Source of the DNA: Somniosus microcephalus
Taxonomy: Eukaryota
NCBI GenBank assembly: GCA_052327205.1
Contig: CM126225.1
Coordinates: 10,540,001-10,604,000, forward strand
DNA length: 64,000 nt
Direction: 5' to 3'
In this document: positions 21,769 to 34,588 of the stretch, piece after piece
Layout: every line of letters starts with the position of its first letter
Position numbering within the stretch: the stretch's first letter is position 1
Made by a program: the position numbers and the translations under genes
The notes under the pieces: generated by a model
The model's input: the letters and a program-made list of their open reading frames with translations, nothing else
Told to the model about the DNA's origin: nothing
The model's database searches: none

Positions 21769-24632
21769 AACGGAGGAGGGGGCAGGTTGCGGAGCACCAG
21801 TATTAAAAGACAAAGGTTAAAATGTAACATTTTATAAAATATAAACCCTTGGATATTATGCAGATCAATACTTACAAAATAAGGAAAAGGCGAGTTTTAC
21901 TTGCCCCTTGTATTGTGTGTGTGCGTGTGTGTGTGTGTGTTATTCACCCCCAACATCATAAGTGGTTTGGGGCGTGTAGATTAATAATTAGATGTTTGAA
22001 ATTGGGGTGGGTGCCCGCTTTGGTGGTGGGGGGGGGGGGGGGTAGACGCTGCTCTTAACACAGTGCAAAGGTACAGATCAGAATTCACCCTGAATCGCCG
22101 CTTGACGTTTCTGTAACACTGTAGATACACACGGCAGCACCTGAACATATGGAATTATTAATCACTCTACACTCCTGAATCCCATATAATCGGCGTTGAG
22201 TTCATTTATTCCACCCACACTACAAGCACTGGACACTTTCACCTTAAAGCCTGCCTGTGAATATTGGTATTATTATTTTTTGCGTGCTACCATTTCAAAC
22301 AAAATACAACCGCGGGCGGTGCCTTAGCAGTATATATATATATATATAATATATATTAGGATGCCATAAAAATCCAATAAAGGCCGCTGCCCAACTAATG
22401 CTGAGTGTGTCGATTAATGAACCATTTTTCTGATTTTTAATTTTTGGCCGAGATCGATCCAGACCAATTTCTAATCGGAAATATTTATAATCGGTTTAAC
22501 GGTTTAGTCCAAGACAAGACGGGCGTTTTGCCATGCGGAAGTTGTGAGTTTCAGGGCGCCAGCAAGTCAACTTCCAGTTATATCAGTGACATATTATATA
22601 TTTATATTACATATAATATTGTGCGTGGAGAGAGCGCGCGCCAGACTCATCCGGTTTCACGCGAGTTTCCTACTTGACACGAAAGTAAATGAGGAAGAAG
22701 AAACCTTTTTAATGGACGAAATTTGTTAGCGAGCTCGGGATCCCAAACAAACATGGACTGAAACATGTGAAACCTGCACCGCAGTGACCCATGCTGAGGC
22801 CTTAGACTCTTTGCGTTTTCCATCGATTCCCTCGAAGCCATAGGATTTCCCCTTCTGTTCCACCGCAACCTCAACCTGACAGGTTCAGAATCCCCCCACC
22901 CACCCACCCAGCCCCTCACTGAGCAAATACATGATCTCGCTTTACTGTGCTGATTTGGGGGTGGGGCGGGGGTGGGAGGGAGAAGGTGGGGTGGTGGAGA
23001 GGAGGGGGGCGGTGACACTCAGTATGATTTTAAAAATGGACCAGCAATTGAAATCCTCAACCAAACAAGAAGAGATCCACGTACATTAACTGATAGGCGA
23101 CATGAAACGACAAGAGGAGCAACTGCGACTCTAAGAATGACACATTGCCGATTAACAAATACATCCCAGATTCAGTGCCTTCCAGGTACGGGACGTCTTT
23201 TAAAAAAAAAAATATTTCTTCTACTGCACAGTTTCGGTTCTAAACTGTGACTATTTGAATAGACCACACTTCAGATGGACACTGACCCCATTGTACATTC
23301 TTCAAGAATGTCTACTCCTCAAAACTATGTTCCTCTGGCCCCGGGAATAAATATGGTGGTTGGGTTCATCCGTACAGTTCTATCTGACTGAGGTTAGTTT
23401 AGATTCTTACAGCGTGCATCTTATTTTATGCAGCTAAATTCAAAGTGAATGTTGGGTGAAGTACAATTTTTGATAAGCTTTAAAATCTGGGCCGCTAAAA
23501 GTTCTCGGGAAGGGGTTTGCTCAAGAGCAGACCAAACAGGGCCAAGGCAAATTTAACAAATCTTTACCGCTAGCACTTGATGCCTGGTTCGTCGGGGTCT
23601 TACTTCATTTGGCACGTTGCTCAGATATCAGATTGATCCTCGTTATAGCCAAACTCATCACTGCTTCATTGAGACAATCTGATGCATGAATGGGGCGCAA
23701 CTTAAAACCGCGAATGTTGGATACCGAATTTAAAAGAAAAACAATGATGGAAATGGACAGCAGACCAATTGGCACCTGGAAGCGAAAGATCGGTGAATGT
23801 TTGGGAGACCCTTCATTTGAAAAGTAGCACCTCCCCATTCGGAACGTCAACCTATCTTTTCCTTTCACATGCTGGCCGACCCGCTGTACAATTCCACCGG
23901 GTTCTGCTGACCAGTGACCGGGTTCACTTTCTCCCAATTAACAAGCCAGGGACCAAAGCACGTACTATGTGACATAACCTTTGAGTCTTTTAGACCTGCG
24001 TTCAGTTTAATAACTACAGAATAGTTCAAACAGTACCCGCCCCTTTTTGTGTCGAAATAGCAACGATGAAAGCGATTAGCCTCCCATTTCCCCTAATTAC
24101 TCCACAATTATCAAACAGTTTGAAATATAATTCCACATTTTAATTACAGAATTCGGCTCGTTAATGATCCCGGGTCTAAGTCACTGCTAGTGTACAGCAG
24201 ACGCTGATCGGTTGATTTTGAATTTATGATTTTGACAGCCTGGTGGGGGCGAGACGTCGAGGGATTAAAGAATCGGTGGTCCGGGCAAAGTGGGCATTCC
24301 CGACTACATGACCGTGTACACGGCGCGAAACCAAATGGTGCTTCCAACTTCGCTGTTCTTTCATTCCTTTGTCTCTCACACGAAATATTTATGTTGTTCC
24401 TTTAGGTCCCCCCCCCCCCCCCCGCATCTACACCCTTACTGGCAGACCGAGCTAGTGATGTAATCGTGGGTGAGGTCATGGGAGTAAATACATCACAAAG
24501 TTGTCAACCAAGTAACAATTAACCCAACATCCTCCAGTTAGCAGTTAAACCAATTGTCCAATCGCGACACTAGTTCAACCAGCAAATGCCGTTCAACCTT
24601 CAGCAACTTCTGACGACAGCCACCTCAGAGCA

Positions 24633-24986
24633 AGTCCAGGTCAATATTTATCCCTCAACTAACATCACTAAAAAAAAGCTTTTACATCTTAAAATCTGTT
24701 ACATCTCTAACTTTTCCCCCCCAGTTCTGACGAAGGGTCATCGACCTGAAACGTTAACTCTGTTTCTCTCTCCACGGATGCTGCCTGACCTGCTGAGAGT
24801 TTCCAGCATTTTCTGTTTTTATTTCAAATTTAAAAAAACAGATGACCTGGTCATTCTCTCGTTGCTGTTTCTGGGAGCTTGCTGTGGGCAAATTGGCTGC
24901 CGCGCTTCCTACATTACAACAGTGACTGCACTTCATGGTTGGTTGGGACATCCTGTGGTCGTGAAAGGGGCTATAGCAATGCAAGT
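24633..24986 (+). mobile_element. DeuSINE 3' half interrupted by a Penelope-like insert
   Basis: SINE sequence breaks at aacatcactaaaaaaa and resumes at aaaaaacagatgacctggtcatt. Confidence 0.8.
24678..24830 (+). mobile_element. Penelope-like pseudo-LTR fragment with minimal hammerhead ribozyme core
   Basis: agtt-CTGACGA-agggtc atc gacct-GAAAC-GTT-aact; same downstream sequence as the other copies; flanked by taaaaaaa. Confidence 0.72.
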
Positions 24987-25877
24987 TTATCGTTCAAGAA
25001 AAAGATTCTGCCCTTGAAAGTTGCCTGTTTATGTCTTCTGGTGTGCGAGCATGATTAATGGGCAATTATAGTTAGGGTGTGCGCCACATATTTTGAGAGT
25101 TTGACGAGCGACGGATTACGTCGTTCTATTGGTCCAGGCCAACTCTATTTGAACCTGCTATGACACTCGCAGTGACAATTCTGGCGCCTTGGGCAATATT
25201 CATTCGCTCACGGAAACCCCGCCAGCCTCCAGTGGAATTCATGAACAAATAAAATATACAACTGAATATGTATCACACAATGCCGTCACTCCCCTTTAGC
25301 TTCCAATCCTTCTAATTTGCCCAACCAAATGTGGTTAGTGCTCTCTGAAATGCTCTCACGTTTTCTAAGGTCCAAATGTTGTTACCTAAAATTACGGATT
25401 GTTTCCTACTCTAACTCATTCTTTCCAACGACCCCAGAACTCCTTCCCTCCTCCTTCAGTGTTTCATTCCCCCTACAACCTTCATCATTGTAACAAAACC
25501 AAGCTTGGCGTCACCTATGATAAATTCCTGATTTAACTCTTCATGAATTTTCCAGAGTATTTTTTTCCCTTTATTGGCCCTGGGTTTTTTTCTCAGGTTT
25601 TTTTTTGTCTCTGCCTGGAGATTGCCGGGGGTTGGTTGGGGGGGGGGGGGTTGGAGGGAAGGAGAGGAGGAGGAGGGATGAAGTGTTTAGTCGCGATGCT
25701 CCGGCCCTCATGGTGTGGGGCAGGCTGGATGGACCAGCTGGTCTATTACTGCCCGTCAATCTCGGATGTCTGTCTGGTGCCAGGACGCTACAACTCGGTT
25801 TCTCGATAAAAAAAAAATCACGCACGTATTTTACTTGCTATGCCCTAGTTAAATATATCCCAACATTACAACATTTC

Positions 25878-25985
25878 CGACATTACAACAGTGACTACAC
25901 TTCATGAAGTACTTCATTGGTTGTAAAGCGTTTTGGGACGTCCCGAGGTTGGGAAAGGCGCTATAGAAATGCAAGTCTTTCTTTC
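25878..25985 (+). mobile_element. DeuSINE 3' tail fragment
   Basis: acattacaacagtgactacacttc..aaaggcgctatagaaatgcaagtctttc. Confidence 0.8.
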
Positions 25986-28366
25986 AATAAAATAAAATGA
26001 TATAGCTACATAACTCAAATTGAAGAAAATGTTTTCTTCTAGTTAAATTGCCACCAATCGGCGTTTATAACTTTAGCTTCAACCAAACGGTCCAACATTT
26101 TATTATGGGAATAAAGTAGCTGGATTGAAATATGATGGAATCACGTCAATTACGAAGAAGGAACTTTTTGAATTAATGGTTGTCAATCTTTATGCTTGCA
26201 ACGCCATTTCACTGAAATCTTGAAATGAAGGTGTTGCTTGTTCTACTGTACATTGCTTGTCCTGTGTTTAACACTGTCTCACGTGTTCCCATTCAGCCTG
26301 CAATCCGATCAGTGTTGTTGCCTTGATGTATGGAACCGGCACCACTCAACTTGCACGTGGATCTCAGTTCCGCACGGACCGTGGGTGCTCCGGTACATTG
26401 CACGAGTGGCCTGTCTCCTTTGGAGAGAAGGAGTCCAGAGACAGTAAATGTCACAAATGACAAGTTCCAGCGTGCATGTTTCAAAATACCGTCTGCAGTT
26501 AGGACCTTATAGGGGCTGCTATATGGTAATTGTGTTATAAATTGACAACCATCCTGCACTCACTCGGCACTGTCAGGAAATAACGAGTTGTTCTATTTTT
26601 CCAATGCACATTATTTTAATCAGGTGAAACAGTTCTGAAAATTCCCAGAAAAGATGGGAAGCGAACGTTCCGGCGTGTCAAGCTACTGTTATTGTGGGAC
26701 GATTTTAAAAATGAATTTTATTTCTGTAAGTGTTCTGTGATAATTGGGGGACATTATGAAGAGTTTAAAAGTAGCCGGTAGGATGGAGTTTTAATAGCAC
26801 CTTTGCCTCGCCCTTCTCGCACAGTCCTGTACAGTACAACTGAACGCTGGAAACATATTGTATTTCAGAAGGATAAGGCAGGAATGCCGGTGAATTTCAA
26901 CAGAGCTTCCGCCATTTTCTATTGATTTTCAATGTCGTGCAAAGCCATGATATGGCTGAGAGGAGTAATGTTAATAATCCAATGTAGTGTGAGCACACCT
27001 TTAGTGCTTCTTCGCCAGGCTTGGTCCGCTGGTTGCTTGGATTGAGACTTGGAATTAAAATATCAATTAATGATTTTCTATTTTAAAGAAATCTACTATA
27101 TTTTATTTTTTAAACATTGAACGCGTCCTTGTCGGTTTTTTTTATTACAAGTAATGTAAAACACAAACCTACCCTACTAGCATACATACATTAATACAGC
27201 GTCTATTTTAAGCTGCTATAAGCTGTGGCGTTCCAAGTCAATGGGAATTTCCAGCTCTGCATTACAAGGTTTCATAGACGCCGCATTCCGACGGCCTTTT
27301 CTCCAAATGCCAACAAGGAATTCAAAACAACACTCTTATGTTTCATGGGCGCTGGATTCGAAGGATTGATAGGTCGGGCGCCTCGAACATTTTCACCCCA
27401 TATGAAACACATTAAAAAAAATAAACGCCTTTAATTGGCTCTAGTTAATATTCCAGTAACTCTCTTGATTCTGTGATGTTTCTTAAGCTTCCCGCAAGTA
27501 TGTGCTTTAGATTATATCCCTCCCATCACACAGTCTGCCCCAGTTTTATTTGGTACTTTGCTAATAGGAATGTTGATTCAAAAGACTCTCATCCCCCCGA
27601 CCCCTCTCCCAGACAGGGACCCGTTCTCCCCAACATATTCTGCAGTAGTTGCTGATCAGGGACAAAGGGGGAATCATTTTATTTGGCACCATTTTTGCAA
27701 AGGGCCATTCTTCTCTTTAAGAAGCTGCGCTGCTAGATCTCGGTGTTAATAAATGGACGGCTGTTGGAGGTTGGGATGATAAAGAAAGGGGCCGGGTGTC
27801 ACTACTGGCGCATGCCTCTCACAGGGGGACTGTTTTCATGACCCCAAGTGCCCCACAAGCAGGCAAATTCCTCCATTGTTGACAGCAGGCATTTAAAGCT
27901 TCATTCACTGTTTTCTTCTTGTCTTCAACCCGTCCAATGCATTTACATTTCTCGCGCGTTACTTCCAGTTGATTTGCTATCTGTCACTGTTTCTCCCCCC
28001 CCCCCCCCCCCCAATGCATGGTGTGATACAATGGCTTTCTCTCTTTCTCTCTCTCTCTCTCCCTCCCCTCTCTCTTTCAGCAGTGACTGGGCTTCAGACG
28101 GCTTTGGAGGGACTGAGCAAGTTCCGCCTCTCTCAGCCTGATTTGTCCGCGTTTAAGAAGAGCGAAAGCTCTGTATGGCTGATCACGGAGTCACTCTCAG
28201 CTTTTGTGCCTCTCTCCAGAATACTCCAGCCTTTACCCAAAAATAATTAGAATGGCGCTGCACCCATATAAAGTGATAGATTGGAAGATTTTTTTGGTCC
28301 TAATTTCCTTGAACTGTGTCGAGTTACGGAGATATCCAGCAATAAGCTGGAGTTTGCCCGAATCAG

Positions 28367-28480
28367 AGAATGGTTACAGCGCAGTAGGAGGCCTTTCGGC
28401 CCGTCGAGCCCGTGCCGGCTCTCTGAAAGAGCACTTCAGCTAGTCCCGCTCCCCCGCCCTTTCCCCGGAGCCCTGCAAAC
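28367..28480 (-). mobile_element. CR1 3' UTR fragment
   Basis: Reverse complement of the 34937-type tail. Confidence 0.7.
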
Positions 28481-29714
28481 TTACTGTAAACACATAAATA
28501 TTGGAACAATGACATAATATCTATTCCAGTCCCACACTCCGCGGTGGGAATTAAACACTGGGTTGGTTTCCAGGAAGTGGGCAATATAAAATATTGAAGA
28601 ATGATCATGGAGCGCGACACCTTGCCTCGTAGGCACTTTTTCATCTCTGTTTTTGGTAAAGGTACCAAATGCCATTGTAATCGAGGTTTCAAGGATTTCA
28701 ACCGCCCTCAGCGAGTCCAGTTCTCCATGTGGCAGCCTGTCCCCACCCGTGACCCTCCCTCAATCCGCCCAGAATACCTCCCCCCGCCCACCCCCCGTAG
28801 CTTGTTATCTCCATGAGGTTGCACAGAGCCCTGTTTCTCTCCCGATACCGGGGCTCTTTCCACGCACTGTGGTTCTAGCACGGCTACCCTTCCACCCACC
28901 CCCCGAAGCCAGGGTTTCTCTCCCCGATTGTTGCTTCCCAATCGCTCCCCCTCCTCTCCACCCCCCCCCCCATCACGACCCACAAGTCGCTTTTTGAGGT
29001 CGCTTTACTCCCCAGGAAAGCTGCTTCTCTCCCGGAAGCCAGTTCCACGATCGCTTGCTTCCCTGTCGGAGGCCCCCGCTCTTCAACAGACCCTCGCTTA
29101 GCTCGGTAAAGCTACTGGCCAGAATCGCCGTTCGTCATTATTATTAACCGCCGTGTGGTTTTGACCCTATCCCAGTAATCCAATCAGCCGCATTTGTGGA
29201 AACACAACCCCAGTTTCCAGGTTGCTGACGATCCATATCATATCCTTCACTTTCAATATGAATTAATTATTACAGTCACGAAGCGAAACTGAAAATAACA
29301 TTGGTCCATCTACAACTATTAAAAGCGTCGTGGCTGGGCGTGGAGTTTAGTACCAGGCAACACGAAGCATTAATTTCATTTCTAAATTTATAAAATGCAG
29401 CTCGTTGAGGTGCAGAATGTGTCACACAGTACACACGCTGGATTAACAGTCTACTGCTCTATGTACTCCACTCTGACTGCCGCACAACCGCTGCTACAAC
29501 ATCGGTGAGAATAGAACCAGGTTTACTACTGCAGCTGGCGAGCAAAGCAATCCGCGAGTTAGCAGAACTCATACCACAAAGAGAGAGGAAAAAATATAAC
29601 TAACATTCAAGTACTTTACGGAGTTTCTGTTCATGTCTAGAATGAAATATACAGTGCAACATATAGGGCTCTGACTAAGATTCTGCTTCATGTTAGACCT
29701 TATTCATGAATAAC

Positions 29715-29985
29715 ATTGGCTGTAAAGCGCTTTGGGGCGTCCTGAGGTCGTGAAAGGCGCTATAGAAATGTAAGTACAAGAGCAAAATACTGCGAATGCT
29801 GGAAATCTGAAATAAAAACAGAGAATGCTGGAAATACTCAGCAGGTCAGGCAGCATCTGTGGAGAGAGACGAAAGGTCATCGACCTGAAACGTTAACTCT
29901 GTTTCTCTCTCCACAGGTGCTGCCTGACCTGCTGAGCGTTTCCAGCATTTTCTGTTCTTATTTTATTTAAATGCAAGTCTATCAT
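29715..29985 (+). mobile_element. DeuSINE tail interrupted by a fold-back Penelope-like insert
   Basis: cattggctgtaaagcgctttggg..aaaggcgctatagaaatgtaagt [insert] aaatgcaagtct. Confidence 0.78.
29776..29968. mobile_element. Fold-back Penelope-like element, about 10-bp TSD
   Basis: Inverted arms; flanks aaatgtaagt (29766-29775) and aaatgcaagt (29969-29978). Confidence 0.75.
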
Positions 29986-31360
29986 TCTTTTTTTTCTTTG
30001 GAAATGAAAGTTAAAAGTTTATCCGCAGATTGTGTATTAGGCGAATACTCCCTCTTGTATTTTCAAACAGCTCCTAATTGTTGTATGTTTATTTACAGCC
30101 GAATTTGTCAAACGTTTGCTGCCCAGCTATCCACGGGCTAAAAGTTGAACGATTTCTAGGGGCCGAGTTAAGCATGACATCATAAACCAAGAGACGGCGG
30201 ATTCGTGCAGCCGGCGCTATTTTTGAAATAAAAGGTTTAACTTATGGAGGATCCCGATGAGGTCGGGCTTGTAAGCAGAACCTTATGTGAAGACAGCTCT
30301 TCAAACTTTACAATTTGAAAACAAAACAGATTAACCCTTCAAGGATGGCCGTGCTGTTTCAAAAGTCATAAAGTGTACAGTACAGACAGACCTCCCTGGT
30401 TCTCCATATCATGGTCGCTGTTGTGTGCCCCTGTTACTTGTAACAAAGCAGCTCAATAGGACATTCGTGCCTTCTCCATTCAGAGAATCCTTGATATAAT
30501 TGACCCTGGTCCAGGTAAGTTTGCAGATAAATGCCAAGAGATAATCCGAATCAATTAAGAGGTCCTAAAATATGCCCTGTTACTCGGCACTTCGTGGCTA
30601 TTATTGAAGATAAGACACAATGTGTGCCTATTATTAATACACCACGCAGCCATTACACATATTTCAGACATTCCTGGCAGAAGGTTTGAAGTATTGAAGC
30701 GTATTGTTACGAACATACGAGATTGACGGGCAGTAATAGACCAGCTGGTCCATCAAGTCTGCCCCACACCATGAGGGCTGGATCATCGCGACTAAACACT
30801 TCATCCCTGCACACCCCCACCTCCCTTGTATTCCTAGTATTCCCAGGCGGTCTCCCAGGAAGGAGTTAAAACATGGCAGATAGCTGAAAAGAAATCAACC
30901 GCCCTTTAGGTTGGTAGGTTCATAAGATATTTAATAATATATATATAATGTTCATTATGTAGAGCTGTTTTTGCTCCAGACAACATCCAAACTATAGTAC
31001 GTCGTCGAATCAGTTATTGCAATGAAAAAATATTGTAAATAGTTAACAGGGTTTCCGCTAAAATTAATAAGCGGTTGGAAGTATGTGATGGGCCAACGAT
31101 TAATGATAAAGGCGGAAGCCTGGTGAATTCCATTATTTAAAGAATCACAACTATTTCCACTAGCACATTCTACATGCCCTGCAACAAGTATTTTGCAGTT
31201 AAACTCTTCATTAGGTCTCTCCAAGGAACCTTCAGCTACTGAGAGTTCACTAGGATGCCCTGGTAATATTTTGCTTCGAGCAATGAAATATTTTCTTTAT
31301 TTACTCAGGGAAACTAAAACATTATTAGTGTGATCTACGCGAATGGGGAGTCCACTTACA

Positions 31361-31650
31361 AAGAAAGAAAGACTTACATTTCTATAGCGCCTTTCACGAC
31401 CACCGGACGTCTCAAAGCGCTTTATAGCCAATTAAGTACTTTTTTGAAGTGTAGTCACTGTTGCAATGTGGGAAACGCGGCAGCCAATTTGCGCACAGCA
31501 AGCTCCCACAAACAGCAAGGTAATAGTGACCGGATAATCTGTTTTTTGTGATGTTGATTGAGGGATAAATATTGGCCAGGACACGGGGACAACTCCCCTG
31601 CTCTTCTTCAAAATAGTGCCATGGGATCTTTTACGTCCACCTGAGAGAGC
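31361..31650 (-). mobile_element. DeuSINE 3' two-thirds
   Basis: High similarity to the 55039 copy. Confidence 0.85.
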
Positions 31651-32410
31651 CTAATAACTCAGTAATGTAAGGAAACTCTACTTTGTTTCAAACCTCTGGG
31701 TCGTTCTTTATGCTTTGACCCATTTAATTCAATTATAACATTTTCTTGTTATTAATGAACGCTCTATTATCCTATTAGTTTTTGGGGGGGAGGGGTTGTA
31801 ACCCCTCTAATACTTAATTTGGTAAGTATTTCTCAATTTCTCTTTTATAAATGAACCAAATGTAAATGCACTTTCCAATTTTCTATAAACTTCTTGAGAA
31901 AAGGATAGCCGCTCATATTCTTGGGTAAACTGCATCTCTCGCATACTGTGGCCGTGCTATTTTGTTTTCGCAATGGCTGCACACAGTAATAACTTTTTTT
32001 GTCAGTTTATGTATTGTCATGTCTCCTTCCCCTGGCAGATGAATTGCCTGGTTAGAAAATAATTTTAGACTTGAAACCCCCGCAAAGAAGCCGCAGAGAA
32101 CAATCTGAGAATTTTTTTTTATGTTCATACAATTTTAAATAGATCTGGTTTTGATTGCTGGATGCCCAAGAGAAAACGAACGACTACATCTTGAACTCAA
32201 TAGAAGTTCGCGGGAGTTCCAAAGTCTACAGTTCTCAGTTGGATTGCTAAGCAGTGTCCCATCCACTTCCCACGTTTTCCCGAGGGTTAACAGAAACAGA
32301 TGGCTGCGGATTACTGCCGACACTCACATCACTTTCAATCTATTGATGGGAAACCTCAGTTTCATTTTGTAATGTTGTAATGGTGGTGGTGGGGTGGGGG
32401 GGGGACAGGT

Positions 32411-33211
32411 CATAGAAACATAGACATAAAAACATAGAAGATAGGAGCAGGAGTAGGCCATTCGGCCCCTCGAGCCTGTTCCGCCATTTAATGAGATCAT
32501 GGCTGATCATCCAAACTCAGTACCCTGTCCCTGCCTTCGCCCCATATCCCTTGATCCCTTTAACCTTAAGAAATATATCTAACTCCTTCTTGAATATATT
32601 TAATGAATTGGTCTTCACTGCCTTCTGTGGCAGAGAATTCCACAGGTTCACCACTCTCTGGGTGAAGAAATTCCTCCTCATCTCTGTCCTAAATGGCTTA
32701 CCCCTTATCCTTAGACTGTGACCACTGGTTCTGGACTCCCCGACCATCGGGAACATCCTTCCTGCATCTAGTCTGTCTAGTACGATAGCAAAATACTGCA
32801 GATGTTGGAAATCCGAAATAACAACAGAAAATGCTGGAAAAACTCAGCAGGTCAGGCAACATCCGTGGAGAGAAATTTGAGTTGACGTTTCGGGTTGGAC
32901 CCTTCTTCAAAACTGGAAAGAAAAGAAACTAGATCGGAGGCAGGGCTGCGATCGGACAAAAGAATAAAAGAAACAAAAGAAGTCTAGCTTCTAATCTCTT
33001 TTACTTCTTTTGTTTCTTTTATTCTTTTGTCCGATCGCAGCCCTGCCTCCGATCTAGTTTCTTTTCTTTCCAGTTTTGAAGAAGGGTCCAACCCGAAACG
33101 TCAACTCAAATTTCTCTCCACGGATGTTGCCTGACCTGCTGAGTTTTTCCAGCATTTTCTGTTGTTATTTCTAGTCTGTCTAGTCCTGTTAGAATTTTAT
33201 AAGTTTCAATG
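32411..33211 (-). mobile_element. CR1 LINE 3' fragment, interrupted by the Penelope-like palindrome
   Basis: Minus-strand peptide GHSLRIRGKPFRTEMRRNFFTQRVVNLWNSLPQKAV; (catagaaa)n tail repeats. Confidence 0.9.
32782..33169. mobile_element. Fold-back Penelope-like element with perfect 169-bp arms, inserted in CR1, 15-bp TSD
   Basis: Arms 32815-32983 and 33003-33171, 19-nt spacer; TSD tctagtctgtctagt at 32767-32781 and 33170-33184. Confidence 0.82.
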
Positions 33212-34169
33212 TCCTTGTGTATATGTGTCTGTCTGAGTGGTGGGGACGGGGTGGGGGGGGGGGGGGGAGTGGGGATGTCCATTTCAAAACTCAAAACTTC
33301 CAGAGAAACTTCACTTTAACTTCTGTCCGGTACATACACCAAAACCGTTTCTCATTAGCATTGCATTAAACACAAAGAAAAACTCCGATGAGTAGCGGTC
33401 GACAATAATATCGGATTCAATTATGTTGGAATAGTGCAAGCGCGTTAATTGTGGCTGTTGGTCTGTGCCATACTTTCAACATACAACTTATGTTACTAGG
33501 CAGTTGCAGAATTGGTACTTCCATACTGCCACGCAGATGATGCCGTAAATGGCCAATCGGCGTTGTTGAACAAGTTATGACATAAAGCCCCAATCTTTAA
33601 ATGTGTGTTTTGACTGCTGCATTAATGACGTCACAATTAATCAAAAATACCCAAAGTCAGAAAGGCTACAACAACAAAAAAATCTCTTCCCGATTTCAGA
33701 GTTAACTGATAAATTGAGTTTGATTGATGTAGGTGAGATCCCAAGCCTGCCTTTTGACACAATAACAGACACAGCGATGCAGAGACAGACGGGCCATAGC
33801 GAATATACAGCTGTTCCATCCCCTCCCCCATGCGCATATAGACAGAACTAATGCAGCCCGGAATCTCAACCCACGTTTTCTGCAAGTTTGCACCGGTCCA
33901 TTTGGAACAAGAAAACTCTTATTTTGGAAATGCTGATAAAGTACGAAGATTACACGTCAGCATTTTGCAACAGAAACACACGTTAGTGGGGTTTTTTTTG
34001 TCTGCCTTTACTGATCCCCATGGGTATAAATGCCCTCGAGTACAGAATCAGCATTATTCCCTCCAGACAAAATGAAGTTATATGGAGAATATAATTTTTT
34101 GAAGTCGAAGGCTGATAAAAATAACACGGACAAAGCAATTACTATTAATACTATATGCAATAGGATTGA

Positions 34170-34588
34170 AAGAAATAAAACAATTTTCATTTATATAGCG
34201 CATTTATCTCAGAACGTCCCAAAGCGCTTTGAAGCCAATTAAGTACTTTTGAAGTGTAGTCACTGTTGAAATGTAGGAAACACGGCAGCCAAATTGAGCA
34301 CAGCAAGCTCCCATAAACAGCAATGAGACAGTGACCAGATAACCTGTTTTGAGTGATGTTAAATAAGGGATAACTATCGACCGGGATACCGGGCGAACCA
34401 CCCTGTTCTTCTTCGAGGTGCCATAGGATCTTGCAGGTTCACCCGAGAGGGCAGAGGAGGGCTCGGATTAACCTCTCACCCAAAAGGCGGCATCTCTGAC
34501 AGTGTGGCACTCTGTCAGTACTGCCTTGAAGTGTCAGCCTGGATGATGTGCTCTGGAGTGGGACTTGAACCCACATCCTTCTAACTCA
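34170..34588 (-). mobile_element. DeuSINE, near full-length, diverged
   Basis: Matches family tail through B box (ggacttgaacccaca). Confidence 0.8.

Noticed and set aside
20694-21830. Multiple 100-218 aa ORFs in the promoter region as standalone genes
   Set aside because: GC-rich, stop-poor CpG island plus GA/CA microsatellites; no recognisable domain. Only the internal ATG at 21077 is kept as a uORF candidate.
22955-23012. G-tract cluster as a functional G-quadruplex
   Set aside because: Poly-G/poly-C runs are frequent throughout the window, so this one is not distinctive
26290-28260. Plus-strand acceptor-like sites (near 26296 and 28080) as exons of a divergent gene
   Set aside because: No recognisable protein and no consistent exon chain; splice-like motifs alone are insufficient
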